From assembly GCA_905181735.1 (NCBI GenBank), contig CAJIYR010000006.1:64803-128802 (forward strand): DNA of 64,000 bases. The letters run 5' to 3'. The translations under genes were made by a program, and so were the position numbers. Positions within the stretch are counted from its first letter, which is position 1. Each line of letters opens with the position of its first letter. This DNA is from an uncultured Hyphomicrobiales bacterium (GTDB taxonomy: Bacteria; Pseudomonadota; Alphaproteobacteria; Rhizobiales; TMED25). The notes under the pieces were generated by a model. The model ran no database searches, was not told the origin of the DNA, and saw only the letters and a program-made list of their open reading frames with translations. Shown here piece by piece: positions 38,752 through 47,356 of the stretch.

Positions 38752-39828
38752 TTAATTAACTTCGTATCTAACCGGCCAGATGTACCCTTGAGTCTCTGCT
38801 GCATCAAGAGCTAAATTCAAAACGCGTGAGGCTGGTAAGCCTTGGGCATCTAGTTCTTTTGCCATTTCTTGTGGCCAGTCAGCTAGAGATTCTGCCCAGT
38901 CTGCACGCACTGATTCAGGCAATTGTTTGACAGTAATTTTAGATTTTAAAGTTTCTATATGCTTTGGATAATCCGCACGATTATCAATGCCTACTTTTTC
39001 TTCATATTCAAAAGCTACTTCTTGAATGATAGCAACAACATCGTTAGGTAACCGTGCCATTGTATCTAAATTCATAGTAAGCCCATGCCAGGTCATTGCA
39101 CCAAAGCCAATTTCTGTATAATAATCGCCTGGCTCATACAATTTTAGATTAACCCAAGCGCTTGGGAACATAATCCAACCTTCGTATAGATTTGTTGTAA
39201 GTCCTGTGTACGCTGTGGCTAGCGATCCTTGAACAGGCGTTACACCAGCATATTTTAACCAATTTAAATTAAGACCAGCACCAGCAATTTTTTCATTTTC
39301 TAGTTCTGATAAGTCATTCCAATCAAAAGTTGTTCCTAAATTATAACCTTGATCAGTTATTCTAGCTAAAAGTTTTTGATTAAATTTATCTTCAAAAACA
39401 TCAGTAAGATATGGCTCTTGACTGTACACACTTTGAGCTATTCTTAAGCTTTTAATTGGGCTCATTGTACCAAAAGGAAGCATAACTTGGAATGCATGTA
39501 AAGGTAAATTTGACGGTTCAAAGCAGAAACAATACCCTCCAATATCCAAGATTCCATTTTGAACGCCTTCAAGAACTTCATTCACCTTTACAATAGACCC
39601 ACTGTACCCCTCAACCCATTGAAGTTCGTGGTCTGTTTCTTCTGAAACCCTTCTTACAACCTCAGGTTGAAAGTAATTTTTCATAAGGCCAGCATAGACA
39701 ACCCCAGGAGGATGACCTGAGCCAATTCTAAGTTTAATTGTTTCGGCAGATGCCGATACTGTCATAGATATACTAAACAAAGCTAAAGTTAGTATTCCAA
39801 CTATGAATTTATAGGATTTATTAATCAT
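38752..39828 (-). CDS. dctP: TRAP transporter periplasmic substrate-binding protein
   Basis: 358 aa with a signal peptide (...TVSASA). It heads a P-Q-M operon. Ligand unknown. Confidence 0.75.
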   Translation of the reverse strand: MINKSYKFIVGILTLALFSISMTVSASAETIKLRIGSGHPPGVVYAGLMKNYFQPEVVRRVSEETDHELQWVEGYSGSIVKVNEVLEGVQNGILDIGGYCFCFEPSNLPLHAFQVMLPFGTMSPIKSLRIAQSVYSQEPYLTDVFEDKFNQKLLARITDQGYNLGTTFDWNDLSELENEKIAGAGLNLNWLKYAGVTPVQGSLATAYTGLTTNLYEGWIMFPSAWVNLKLYEPGDYYTEIGFGAMTWHGLTMNLDTMARLPNDVVAIIQEVAFEYEEKVGIDNRADYPKHIETLKSKITVKQLPESVRADWAESLADWPQEMAKELDAQGLPASRVLNLALDAAETQGYIWPVRYEVN

Positions 39829-40059
39829 AATGGTCTCCCTTTTTTGTTTAAATAATTTTATATATAATTCTTTAAATAAAATCTTAACGTAATAAATATA
39901 ATGGTCAAGGATTGAATCTAGTTGTATGATAAATGTATAATTATGAATTTTAGGAATAATTTACAAATACTTTAGATCAATCGTGTTAATGGTCTTTAAT
40001 AAAAGATAATTACTTTTCAATTTTATTTGATAATTGTTAAAAATAGGAGAGCTTATAAA

Positions 40060-40437
40060 ATGCTAAAACAAAAAGATATATTATATGTTAAGGGAGGATG
40101 TCCTTTTTCATATAAGTTTTTGATTTATTTAAATGAAACAAATCATTTGTCAGATTTTGAAGTAAAGGTTGCTCATGCAGATGAAGATTCATACGAAGAA
40201 ATAGCGAATTACTTAAAAGCAAAAACAAATTCTTCTCCTAGTTTTCCAACTGTTGAGACAGCTGGTGGTGAATTTAAATCAGGATCGGATGAATTAATTC
40301 AAGAATACTCAGACATTTATAAAATACCCAGAGAGAATATTAAAATGATTGATTACTGGGAGGCTAACATGATGCCAAGGATGAGAAATGTTATGAAGCA
40401 ATTAAGGGAAGTAAAAGCTAAACTAGCGGATGTTTAG
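40060..40437 (+). CDS. Thioredoxin-fold protein (glutaredoxin / GST N-terminal-like, monothiol CPFS)
   Basis: An AGGAGA Shine-Dalgarno lies 7 nt before the ATG at 40060. Contains a GGCPFS active-site-like motif, FPTV (cis-Pro position) and GSDELI. The track start at 40027 is unlikely. Confidence 0.55.
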   Translation: MLKQKDILYVKGGCPFSYKFLIYLNETNHLSDFEVKVAHADEDSYEEIANYLKAKTNSSPSFPTVETAGGEFKSGSDELIQEYSDIYKIPRENIKMIDYWEANMMPRMRNVMKQLREVKAKLADV

Positions 40438-40643
40438 TTGATATAAAGGTCAATATTTATTTCAGCATCATAAAGAAAAAAAGGATACTCGATACCTTTT
40501 TGTTTATTGATATCAGGTTGTTTTTTGTTGCATAGAAACAAGGCTAACAAATATGCTATAATAATAATTTATTATTATGTGTAATTACAAATTGTGATTA
40601 TAGCGTATTAGTATCAATCGTATAATATATTTTATTTGGAAAA

Positions 40644-41744
40644 TTATAAGTTGCGTTTATATTTTTCTAATTTTTCTGTATCAACCTCTATTCCAAGACC
40701 TGGGCCATCTGGTGTTATAATGTGTCCATTTAAAACTTGGATAGGATTCTTAGCAACATCATCAACTAGATACTGATTTGTGACACTAGCGTCCCATTGT
40801 AATGTTGGCAAGGATACAGCTAAATGTGATATTGCTGCGCTGGCAATGGAACTATCAGCTGTTTTTCCTGCAAGATTTATATTCATGGATAATTTTTTCA
40901 TTAATTCTCCAGCTTTCATAACCTCCGATGAACTACCAAGCTTAATAAGCTTTAAACTTCCACCCATAGCTGCTCCTGCATCATAATGTTTTTGAATATC
41001 TGCTATCGAATGTATACCTTCATCGGCACACAATGGAACAGAGCAAGCATCTGCACATTTCTTCATAGACTCTATATCATGACCCATCACCGGTTGTTCA
41101 AAAAAATCTAAGCCAGCAGAGCCTGCACCTTTAGCAAAAATTAATCCATTTTCTAAACTAAAACCCTGATTTGCATCTGCTGAAACATGAACTTTTTCTC
41201 CAACTATTTTTCTTACTCTCTCTGCTCTTTCAAGGTCAAATTTTGGATCATTCACGCCAACCTTTACTTTAAAGGCAATATAACCTTCTGCCGCTCTATC
41301 GCGAACTAATTCCATTTCATCGGAGCTGCCAGCAACCATCCAGAACATTGGTGATTTTTCACGTTTTTTACCGCCAAGAAGTTCATATATAGGTTTATTT
41401 AAATGTTTCCCAATTAGATCATATAAAGCGGTATCTATTGCAGACTTTGCACTATGGTTTCCATACATCACAGGTTCTATTAAATTATGCAAATCATTAT
41501 GAGATGTAATCTCTTTGCCTTCCAATCTGCTGGCCATAAATTTTGTTGCAGCAACAAGACCTTCTGTAGTCTCTCCTGTCATAGTAGGAGCCGATGACGC
41601 TTCGCCCCAACCGATATTACCATCACTATCCTTCACTCTTACTATCAGGTTATCACATGTTTCAATTACGATGCCTGCCATTTTTACCGGCATTTTTAAT
41701 GGTATTGCGATTGCAAAGGCGTGAATTTCAGAAATGCGAAACAT
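40644..41744 (-). CDS. Enolase-superfamily enzyme, muconate-lactonizing-enzyme (MLE) subgroup
   Basis: KxK motif (AFKVKVG), metal ligands in SADANQG / FFEQP / CADEG, and a second catalytic Lys in SLKLIKLG (strand 6). This is an MLE/dipeptide-epimerase-like signature rather than the His-Asp dyad of mandelate racemase. Confidence 0.8.
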   Translation of the reverse strand: MFRISEIHAFAIAIPLKMPVKMAGIVIETCDNLIVRVKDSDGNIGWGEASSAPTMTGETTEGLVAATKFMASRLEGKEITSHNDLHNLIEPVMYGNHSAKSAIDTALYDLIGKHLNKPIYELLGGKKREKSPMFWMVAGSSDEMELVRDRAAEGYIAFKVKVGVNDPKFDLERAERVRKIVGEKVHVSADANQGFSLENGLIFAKGAGSAGLDFFEQPVMGHDIESMKKCADACSVPLCADEGIHSIADIQKHYDAGAAMGGSLKLIKLGSSSEVMKAGELMKKLSMNINLAGKTADSSIASAAISHLAVSLPTLQWDASVTNQYLVDDVAKNPIQVLNGHIITPDGPGLGIEVDTEKLEKYKRNL

Positions 41745-41866
41745 ATTTTTATCTCCCTATAATTTTGTAACTCATTTTTTTAATTACGATCAATATTTCT
41801 GACCGATAAGTATTTCTATTTCTATTTTACACTAAACTATTAGCAAATAATGTTATAAAGTCAATT

Positions 41867-41904
41867 AACACTATATTAATTTTATAAAAAATTAATATAG
41901 TGTT
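41867..41904. promoter_or_regulatory. 38-bp near-perfect palindrome (candidate operator) in a divergent promoter
   Basis: AACACTATATTAATTTT-ATAA-AAAATTAATATAGTGTT has 17-bp perfect arms. It lies 44 nt upstream of the Gfo/Idh/MocA start (41948) and 123 nt upstream of the enolase-family start (41744). Confidence 0.5.
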
Positions 41905-41947
41905 TTGGGTAAGTGGAATAAAAATAATTTTTTAAGGGTGATGGGAA

Positions 41948-42997
41948 ATGGCAAAATTAGAACAAATTAATGTTGGGGTTATAGGGGTTGGATGGGTAGG
42001 TGGCATTAGAGCAAATGCTTGTGCAAAGAATCCAATTATAGATGAATTACATATAGCTGAAATTAATCCTAAAAGACAACAAGAGATTAAGGAAGAAATT
42101 AATCCGACAAGGATAACAGATGACTGGCGTGAAATAATAAATGATAGCTCTATTGATGCCGTTGTAATTTCAATGACACCAGAAACTGAAAGATTTCCAA
42201 TTGTTCTAGCGGCATTGGAAGCTAAAAAGCATGTGTTTGTTGAAAAGCCAATAGCTCCAACGATTGCAGAAACAGAACAAGCGTTAAGTATTGCAAAAGA
42301 CAATAATCTAAAAATGACAGTTGGGTATTCAAGAAGATTTGATCCTCGATATGCTTATATTAATAAAGCTCTAAAAGGGGGTCTTATTGGCGATCCTGTT
42401 ACATGTCTTATTTCAAGAAACTCTACAAGAGAATTGGGTTTAAAAATTACCGGTAGATCAAAAATGTCTCCAGCAAGCATTGCTGGTGTGCATGATTTAG
42501 ATTTTGTGTTATGGGCGATGCAACCGAGGAAGCCTGTAAAGGTTTATTCGCAAACTGCAGGAAAGTTATTTAGTAAACATAGCGACACACCTGATCACCA
42601 ATGGGTAATGATTACAATGGATGATGGCACCACAATAACGGTCGGAATTGGATGGATTCTTCCTATAGGGTATCCAAACTATGTACAAGCATTCATTGAA
42701 ATAATTGGAACAGACGGTTCTTTGACAATCGATGATTCGCACAAAGATATTCAGCTAAATACTGTAGAACATGGAATAAGGTACCCTTTATCTTCAATGC
42801 CAGGCGAACAAATTGACCATGTTTTTGCAGGATCCATGTATGAAGAGGTGAATCATTTTATAAATGCTATTGTATTTGATACACCTGTTATGGTATCAGC
42901 TGAAGAAGCAAAATTAGTAATGGAAGTTTATTCGGCTGCTGATTTGTCTGTAGAATTAGGAGAGCCGGTGTCTCTCCCTAGAAATGATTTTAAGTGA
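41948..42997 (+). CDS. Gfo/Idh/MocA family oxidoreductase
   Basis: Rossmann motif VGVIGVGWVGG and an EKP motif (VFVEKPIA). 349 aa. Confidence 0.8.
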   Translation: MAKLEQINVGVIGVGWVGGIRANACAKNPIIDELHIAEINPKRQQEIKEEINPTRITDDWREIINDSSIDAVVISMTPETERFPIVLAALEAKKHVFVEKPIAPTIAETEQALSIAKDNNLKMTVGYSRRFDPRYAYINKALKGGLIGDPVTCLISRNSTRELGLKITGRSKMSPASIAGVHDLDFVLWAMQPRKPVKVYSQTAGKLFSKHSDTPDHQWVMITMDDGTTITVGIGWILPIGYPNYVQAFIEIIGTDGSLTIDDSHKDIQLNTVEHGIRYPLSSMPGEQIDHVFAGSMYEEVNHFINAIVFDTPVMVSAEEAKLVMEVYSAADLSVELGEPVSLPRNDFK

Positions 42998-43721
42998 ATG
43001 GTTAGTTAACATGGAAGAACAATTATTATTTAATTTAACATTCTCAACTGCATTAATTCCGATCTTACAGATAATTTGGATCGACTTAATTCTCAGTGGT
43101 GACAACGCCATTGTCATTGCTTTGGCATGTAAAAATTTAACTCCAAAAAAAAGGCGCTGGGGTTTAATTTTAGGTACCGGGGTAGCTATAATATTAAGAA
43201 TTTTCTTTGCTGGCATTGTAACTCAGATATTGGATGCACCATACGTAAGAACGGTAGGTGGTATACTGCTGGTATGGATTGCAATAAAGTTGCTTTTACC
43301 TGAAAAAGAAAGTGATGATAACTCAGGGAATCAAGCAAATACTTTATGGAAAGCAATTGTAACTATTGCAATTGCTGATGCTGCAATGAGTTTGGATAAC
43401 GTTATCGCGGTTGCAGCAGTAGCTCATGGTTCCATAAGTTTAATAGCATTTGGCGTGCTGTTCTCTATACCACTATTAATTATCGGTAGCACATTCTTGC
43501 TTAAAGTATTTGACAAATACCCAATCTTAATATGGTTTGGGGGTGCATTACTTGGCTGGATATCTGGTCATTTATTATTGACGGATCCGGCAACAGAAAG
43601 AATGTTTACAGCATTACTTGGGGGTAGTACAATGATAATCTCTATAGAAACTATAGGATCATTATTAACCGCCATATTTGTGGTCCTCGTTAGTAAAGTA
43701 ATTATAAGATATAAAACGTAA
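42984..43721 (+). CDS. TerC/YjbE family integral membrane protein
   Basis: TerC repeats (LSGDNAIVIALA and MSLDNVIAVAAVA) and about 7 TM segments. The start is 42984 (14-nt overlap) or the ATG at 43011. Confidence 0.8.
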   Translation: MILSEWLVNMEEQLLFNLTFSTALIPILQIIWIDLILSGDNAIVIALACKNLTPKKRRWGLILGTGVAIILRIFFAGIVTQILDAPYVRTVGGILLVWIAIKLLLPEKESDDNSGNQANTLWKAIVTIAIADAAMSLDNVIAVAAVAHGSISLIAFGVLFSIPLLIIGSTFLLKVFDKYPILIWFGGALLGWISGHLLLTDPATERMFTALLGGSTMIISIETIGSLLTAIFVVLVSKVIIRYKT

Positions 43722-43742
43722 TTTTAAAGAAGGAGTTTATAA

Positions 43743-44774
43743 ATGATTCAACCTCATTTGGATATAGTAAAAGAAGCCGCCGCTTGGGTTGGTCCAGATC
43801 TCAGTAATCGTATGGATTGGATTTTACATTTAAACGATGTGGAATTAGAAGAAATAGATCATGCTTTGACAAATATTAAAGCTAAAAACATAAGTATTCC
43901 TTTTCAAAAATCAGACTTTCCGTTACCTACACTTAGCACAAAGATAACTAAACTATATGATATTTTAGAAAATGGTTTAGGTTTTTCTCTTGTTAGAGGT
44001 ATTCCTCGAGATAAATATTCTAATGAAGAATGTGAAATTATTTATTGGGGTATAGGAATTCATCTAGGCACTCCAGTTTCACAAAATACAAGAGGCCATT
44101 TATTAGGGCACGTAACTGACGAGGGAAGAAAAATTTCAGACCCTAATACAAGAATGTATCAAACAAAATTAAAAATGGATTTTCATACAGACCAATTACC
44201 AGTTGATGTAGTTGGATTGTTTTGCCAGAAAAATGCAAAAAAAGGAGGAGCAAGTTATTTGGTTAGCGCTCTAGCTGTCCATAATGTTCTTTTGAAAGAA
44301 AGACCAGATTTGATTGAAGTATTGCACCAGCCATTTAATCTAGATTGGCGTGGTGAAAATCCAGATAATGAACAGCCTTGGTATACTTGTCCCATGTTCA
44401 GTTATTATGACAATAAATTATCAGCTCGACTAACTTCAAGAGCATTCTTTGAATCTGTTGAAAGACATGGAGAGCATCTAGCTCTTACTGATATTCAGCG
44501 TGAAGCCCTGGATGTTGTTCAAGAAATTAGTGAAAGAGAGGCACTACGTTTCTCTATGGGTTTCACAGAAGGTGATATTCAGTTTATCAATAATCACCAA
44601 ATATTACATGCGAGAGAAGATTACGAAGACTATGAAGAAAAAGAATTAAAAAGACATTTATTGAGAATGTGGATATCGTTCCCGTCTAAATATCGCAGGA
44701 AATTATCTCCTGAATTGCAAGAAAGATATTCATATGTTGAACGCGGTGGCATAGCAAAGAAAGAGGTGGCGTAA
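43743..44774 (+). CDS. TauD/TfdA-family Fe(II)/2-oxoglutarate-dependent dioxygenase
   Basis: HxD in MDFHTDQ, a distal His in NNHQILHARED and an Arg downstream. A strong AAGGAG Shine-Dalgarno precedes the start. Confidence 0.8.
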   Translation: MIQPHLDIVKEAAAWVGPDLSNRMDWILHLNDVELEEIDHALTNIKAKNISIPFQKSDFPLPTLSTKITKLYDILENGLGFSLVRGIPRDKYSNEECEIIYWGIGIHLGTPVSQNTRGHLLGHVTDEGRKISDPNTRMYQTKLKMDFHTDQLPVDVVGLFCQKNAKKGGASYLVSALAVHNVLLKERPDLIEVLHQPFNLDWRGENPDNEQPWYTCPMFSYYDNKLSARLTSRAFFESVERHGEHLALTDIQREALDVVQEISEREALRFSMGFTEGDIQFINNHQILHAREDYEDYEEKELKRHLLRMWISFPSKYRRKLSPELQERYSYVERGGIAKKEVA

Positions 44775-45874
44775 TGGTTATAAATATTGGATTTAATAAA
44801 AAAAAACTTGGTGTAGCTGTTATAGGTTCGGGAAGAATAGGAACTCATAGAGCACGCTTAGCTTCATTGCATTCTGCTGTTAGCTACTTGGTTGTAGGTG
44901 ATATTAATGAGGAAGCAGCAAAAAAACTAGCGGATTTAACAAATGCAAGCAGATATTCTACAGATGCATTGTCCTTAATTAATGATCCCAGAGTTGATGT
45001 TGTTATTGTCTCTACACCAGAAGATGCGCATGCCTTTGCTGTTGAAGCAGCTATCAATGCTGGAAAATCTGTGCTGGTTGAGAAGCCGCTTGCACTTACG
45101 ATAGAAGATGGAGATAAATTAGCAAATTTAGCTCGTGAAAAAGGAGTTGATCTTAGAATAGGTTATTCCCAAAGATTTTTACAAAAATATTTTGTCGCAA
45201 GGGATGAAATCTCTAGAGGTAAGATCGGACCGATTCTTGGAGGAATGACCAGGGTTTACAACACAAGAACAAATATGTTAGCTATTTTAAAAAGATGCCC
45301 GGAAGCAACTCCAATATTAGATATTATAACATATAATGTTGATTATATTGGATGGTGTCTTGGTCCAGATGTTGTTCCAGTTGAAGTTCAGGCAATGGGA
45401 CACGGTACTGTTTTTAGAGATCAAGGTTATGATGTTGATGATATTAGCCTGACTATGGTAAAATATTCAACTGGGGCAGTTTTTTCATTTGATATTTGTT
45501 ATGCTCTCCCAGGTGGGTTTCCAACAACAGGACAAAGTGTTCGTATGGAAATAATGGGTAGAGATGGCGTTGTATTGATTGACGATGATCATAGAGATCA
45601 AATTTTATACACGGAACATGGTTATGAGAATGCTTATGCAAAAGATCAGAAATTGAATTTAGCATTTCTTGGCAGTAGATCTTCGGGTGAATGGGCGGAC
45701 GGACAAATGTTTGGTCGTATAGCTGATGAAACACGAGAATGGCTTGATTCTCAGTCGACTGGAGCTAAATGTCATTTAACAACAGCTGAGGAAGCCCGTC
45801 AAACATTAAAGGTTACTCTAGCAATGGGAGTAGCTTCTGAAACAGGTCAGCCTATTCCTCTTGCTAATATATAG
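44774..45874 (+). CDS. Gfo/Idh/MocA family oxidoreductase
   Basis: Rossmann motif VAVIGSGRIGTH and an EKP motif (VLVEKPLA). The start overlaps the TauD stop (TAATG). Confidence 0.8.
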   Translation: MVINIGFNKKKLGVAVIGSGRIGTHRARLASLHSAVSYLVVGDINEEAAKKLADLTNASRYSTDALSLINDPRVDVVIVSTPEDAHAFAVEAAINAGKSVLVEKPLALTIEDGDKLANLAREKGVDLRIGYSQRFLQKYFVARDEISRGKIGPILGGMTRVYNTRTNMLAILKRCPEATPILDIITYNVDYIGWCLGPDVVPVEVQAMGHGTVFRDQGYDVDDISLTMVKYSTGAVFSFDICYALPGGFPTTGQSVRMEIMGRDGVVLIDDDHRDQILYTEHGYENAYAKDQKLNLAFLGSRSSGEWADGQMFGRIADETREWLDSQSTGAKCHLTTAEEARQTLKVTLAMGVASETGQPIPLANI

Positions 45875-45906
45875 ATAAAAATTCGGATTTTTATATCATA
45901 GATAGA

Positions 45907-46326
45907 CTAGGATGGCTCTTTCCATCCTTCTACCTTCAATTCTTCGATAGCTTCAAGCATACATGTAACACTATAGGTAAGCACCATTGCTCCCCCTGGA
46001 TTTACACATACCATAAGCGCCTCAGCAATCTCTTCTGGATGAAGTCCAAGCTTAAGACCCTTTTTAAGATGAGCTTTTAAGTGCTGCTGATTATGGGGGT
46101 TTGATCCTTTAACAGCCAAGGCCACAATATGGAATAATTCATGCATCTTCTCGTCATAACGCCTAGTTTTTTTTCTAATCTCGTCATCTAAATCAAGCAT
46201 AATTTTAACATACGTTGGAAATTTAGTTGCTAGCCATTCGTGCGCAGGATAAACGTGGCCTCTTCGTGAGGCAAAGGTATCAAATAGATTTTGAGATTCA
46301 GACTTTCTTTTCTTTTCGTTATCCAT
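45907..46326 (-). CDS. CMD/AhpD-like family protein
   Basis: 139 aa all-helical protein with a CMD-like C-terminal half (HPEEIAEALMVCVNPGGAM). The assignment is weaker than for the 7404-7808 paralogue. Confidence 0.6.
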   Translation of the reverse strand: MDNEKKRKSESQNLFDTFASRRGHVYPAHEWLATKFPTYVKIMLDLDDEIRKKTRRYDEKMHELFHIVALAVKGSNPHNQQHLKAHLKKGLKLGLHPEEIAEALMVCVNPGGAMVLTYSVTCMLEAIEELKVEGWKEPS

Positions 46327-46348
46327 CTTTTTTCCTTTGATTAGAATA

Positions 46349-47356
46349 TTAAATAAAGGCTTTAATATTCTCTGATAGTATTAACTTCTTTTCATCATCA
46401 GTTATTGTTTTACAATTATTGACGAAGTCTACAGGATAAGGTTCACCCATATCAGCTGGATAATCACTTCCTAACAAAACTTGAGAAGAGCCAACAGTGT
46501 CAATTAAATAACGAAGTGATCTATCTGAATGCGTTATTGAATCAAAGTACATTTTTTTAACATAATCAGAAGGTAAGTTTTTTATCCCTTCACTTGCTTC
46601 TGGGCGAACGTTATATCCATGATCAAATCTTCCTATTCCATGACATGCATATCCGCCTGCGTGCGCAAAACAAAGTTTTATATTTGGAAGTCTGTCCATA
46701 ACTCCGCCAAATATTATTGAAGCGATTGCATTTGTGGTTTCCAATGGATTTCCAATTAAATTACGTAAATGATATTTATTAAGCCAAGAATTTGCTCTGC
46801 CACCTCTTGTAGGATGAAAGAAAATAAGCGCTCCAAGAGATTCGGCCATTTCTAATACAGGAAATAATTCATCGCTATCCCAATCTAATCCATTTACATG
46901 TGTTGACACCATGGCGCCTAAAAATCCTAGCTCCTTAACGCATCTTTCTAACTCTTGTACAGCAGAATCTGTATCTTGTAGGGGAAGGAATCCAAATCCC
47001 TTATACCTTGAGGGATCCGTTTGTATATAATCAGCTATGTCATCATTTGTATCTTGCGCAAAAGGAACGCAATCTGATTTACCTAATCCATGCCAATGCA
47101 TCAAAGGACTAAGACTTAGAACATGCATATCAACTTTTCTCTTATCCATTGATTCAAGTCTCATTTCTGGGGTTTCCATATTTTTAGGCCAAGGTAATAC
47201 CATTGTTTCGCTTCCAGATGATGTTGATAATTTCCCATCCTTATCTCTAGAAAACTTAATTCCATGCCAAGTCCCCCCTTCATTAGCTATTTTTACGGCC
47301 ATTCTTGGTGCTACATGGGTATGCATATCAACTATTTTTGTAGATTTTTCTTTCAT
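46349..47356 (-). CDS. Amidohydrolase_2 family enzyme (ACMSD/LigW/lactonase-type)
   Basis: N-terminal DMHTHV (HxH), FFHP, CFAHAGG and GSDYP motifs. 335 aa. Confidence 0.8.
   Translation of the reverse strand: MKEKSTKIVDMHTHVAPRMAVKIANEGGTWHGIKFSRDKDGKLSTSSGSETMVLPWPKNMETPEMRLESMDKRKVDMHVLSLSPLMHWHGLGKSDCVPFAQDTNDDIADYIQTDPSRYKGFGFLPLQDTDSAVQELERCVKELGFLGAMVSTHVNGLDWDSDELFPVLEMAESLGALIFFHPTRGGRANSWLNKYHLRNLIGNPLETTNAIASIIFGGVMDRLPNIKLCFAHAGGYACHGIGRFDHGYNVRPEASEGIKNLPSDYVKKMYFDSITHSDRSLRYLIDTVGSSQVLLGSDYPADMGEPYPVDFVNNCKTITDDEKKLILSENIKAFI

Noticed and set aside
40478-40503. Possible bidirectional terminator AAAAAAAGG-ATACTCGATA-CCTTTTTG between the convergent thioredoxin-fold and enolase-family genes.
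   Set aside because: Only 5 bp of stem (AAAGG/CCTTT) with a 10-nt loop. This is too weak to call from sequence alone.
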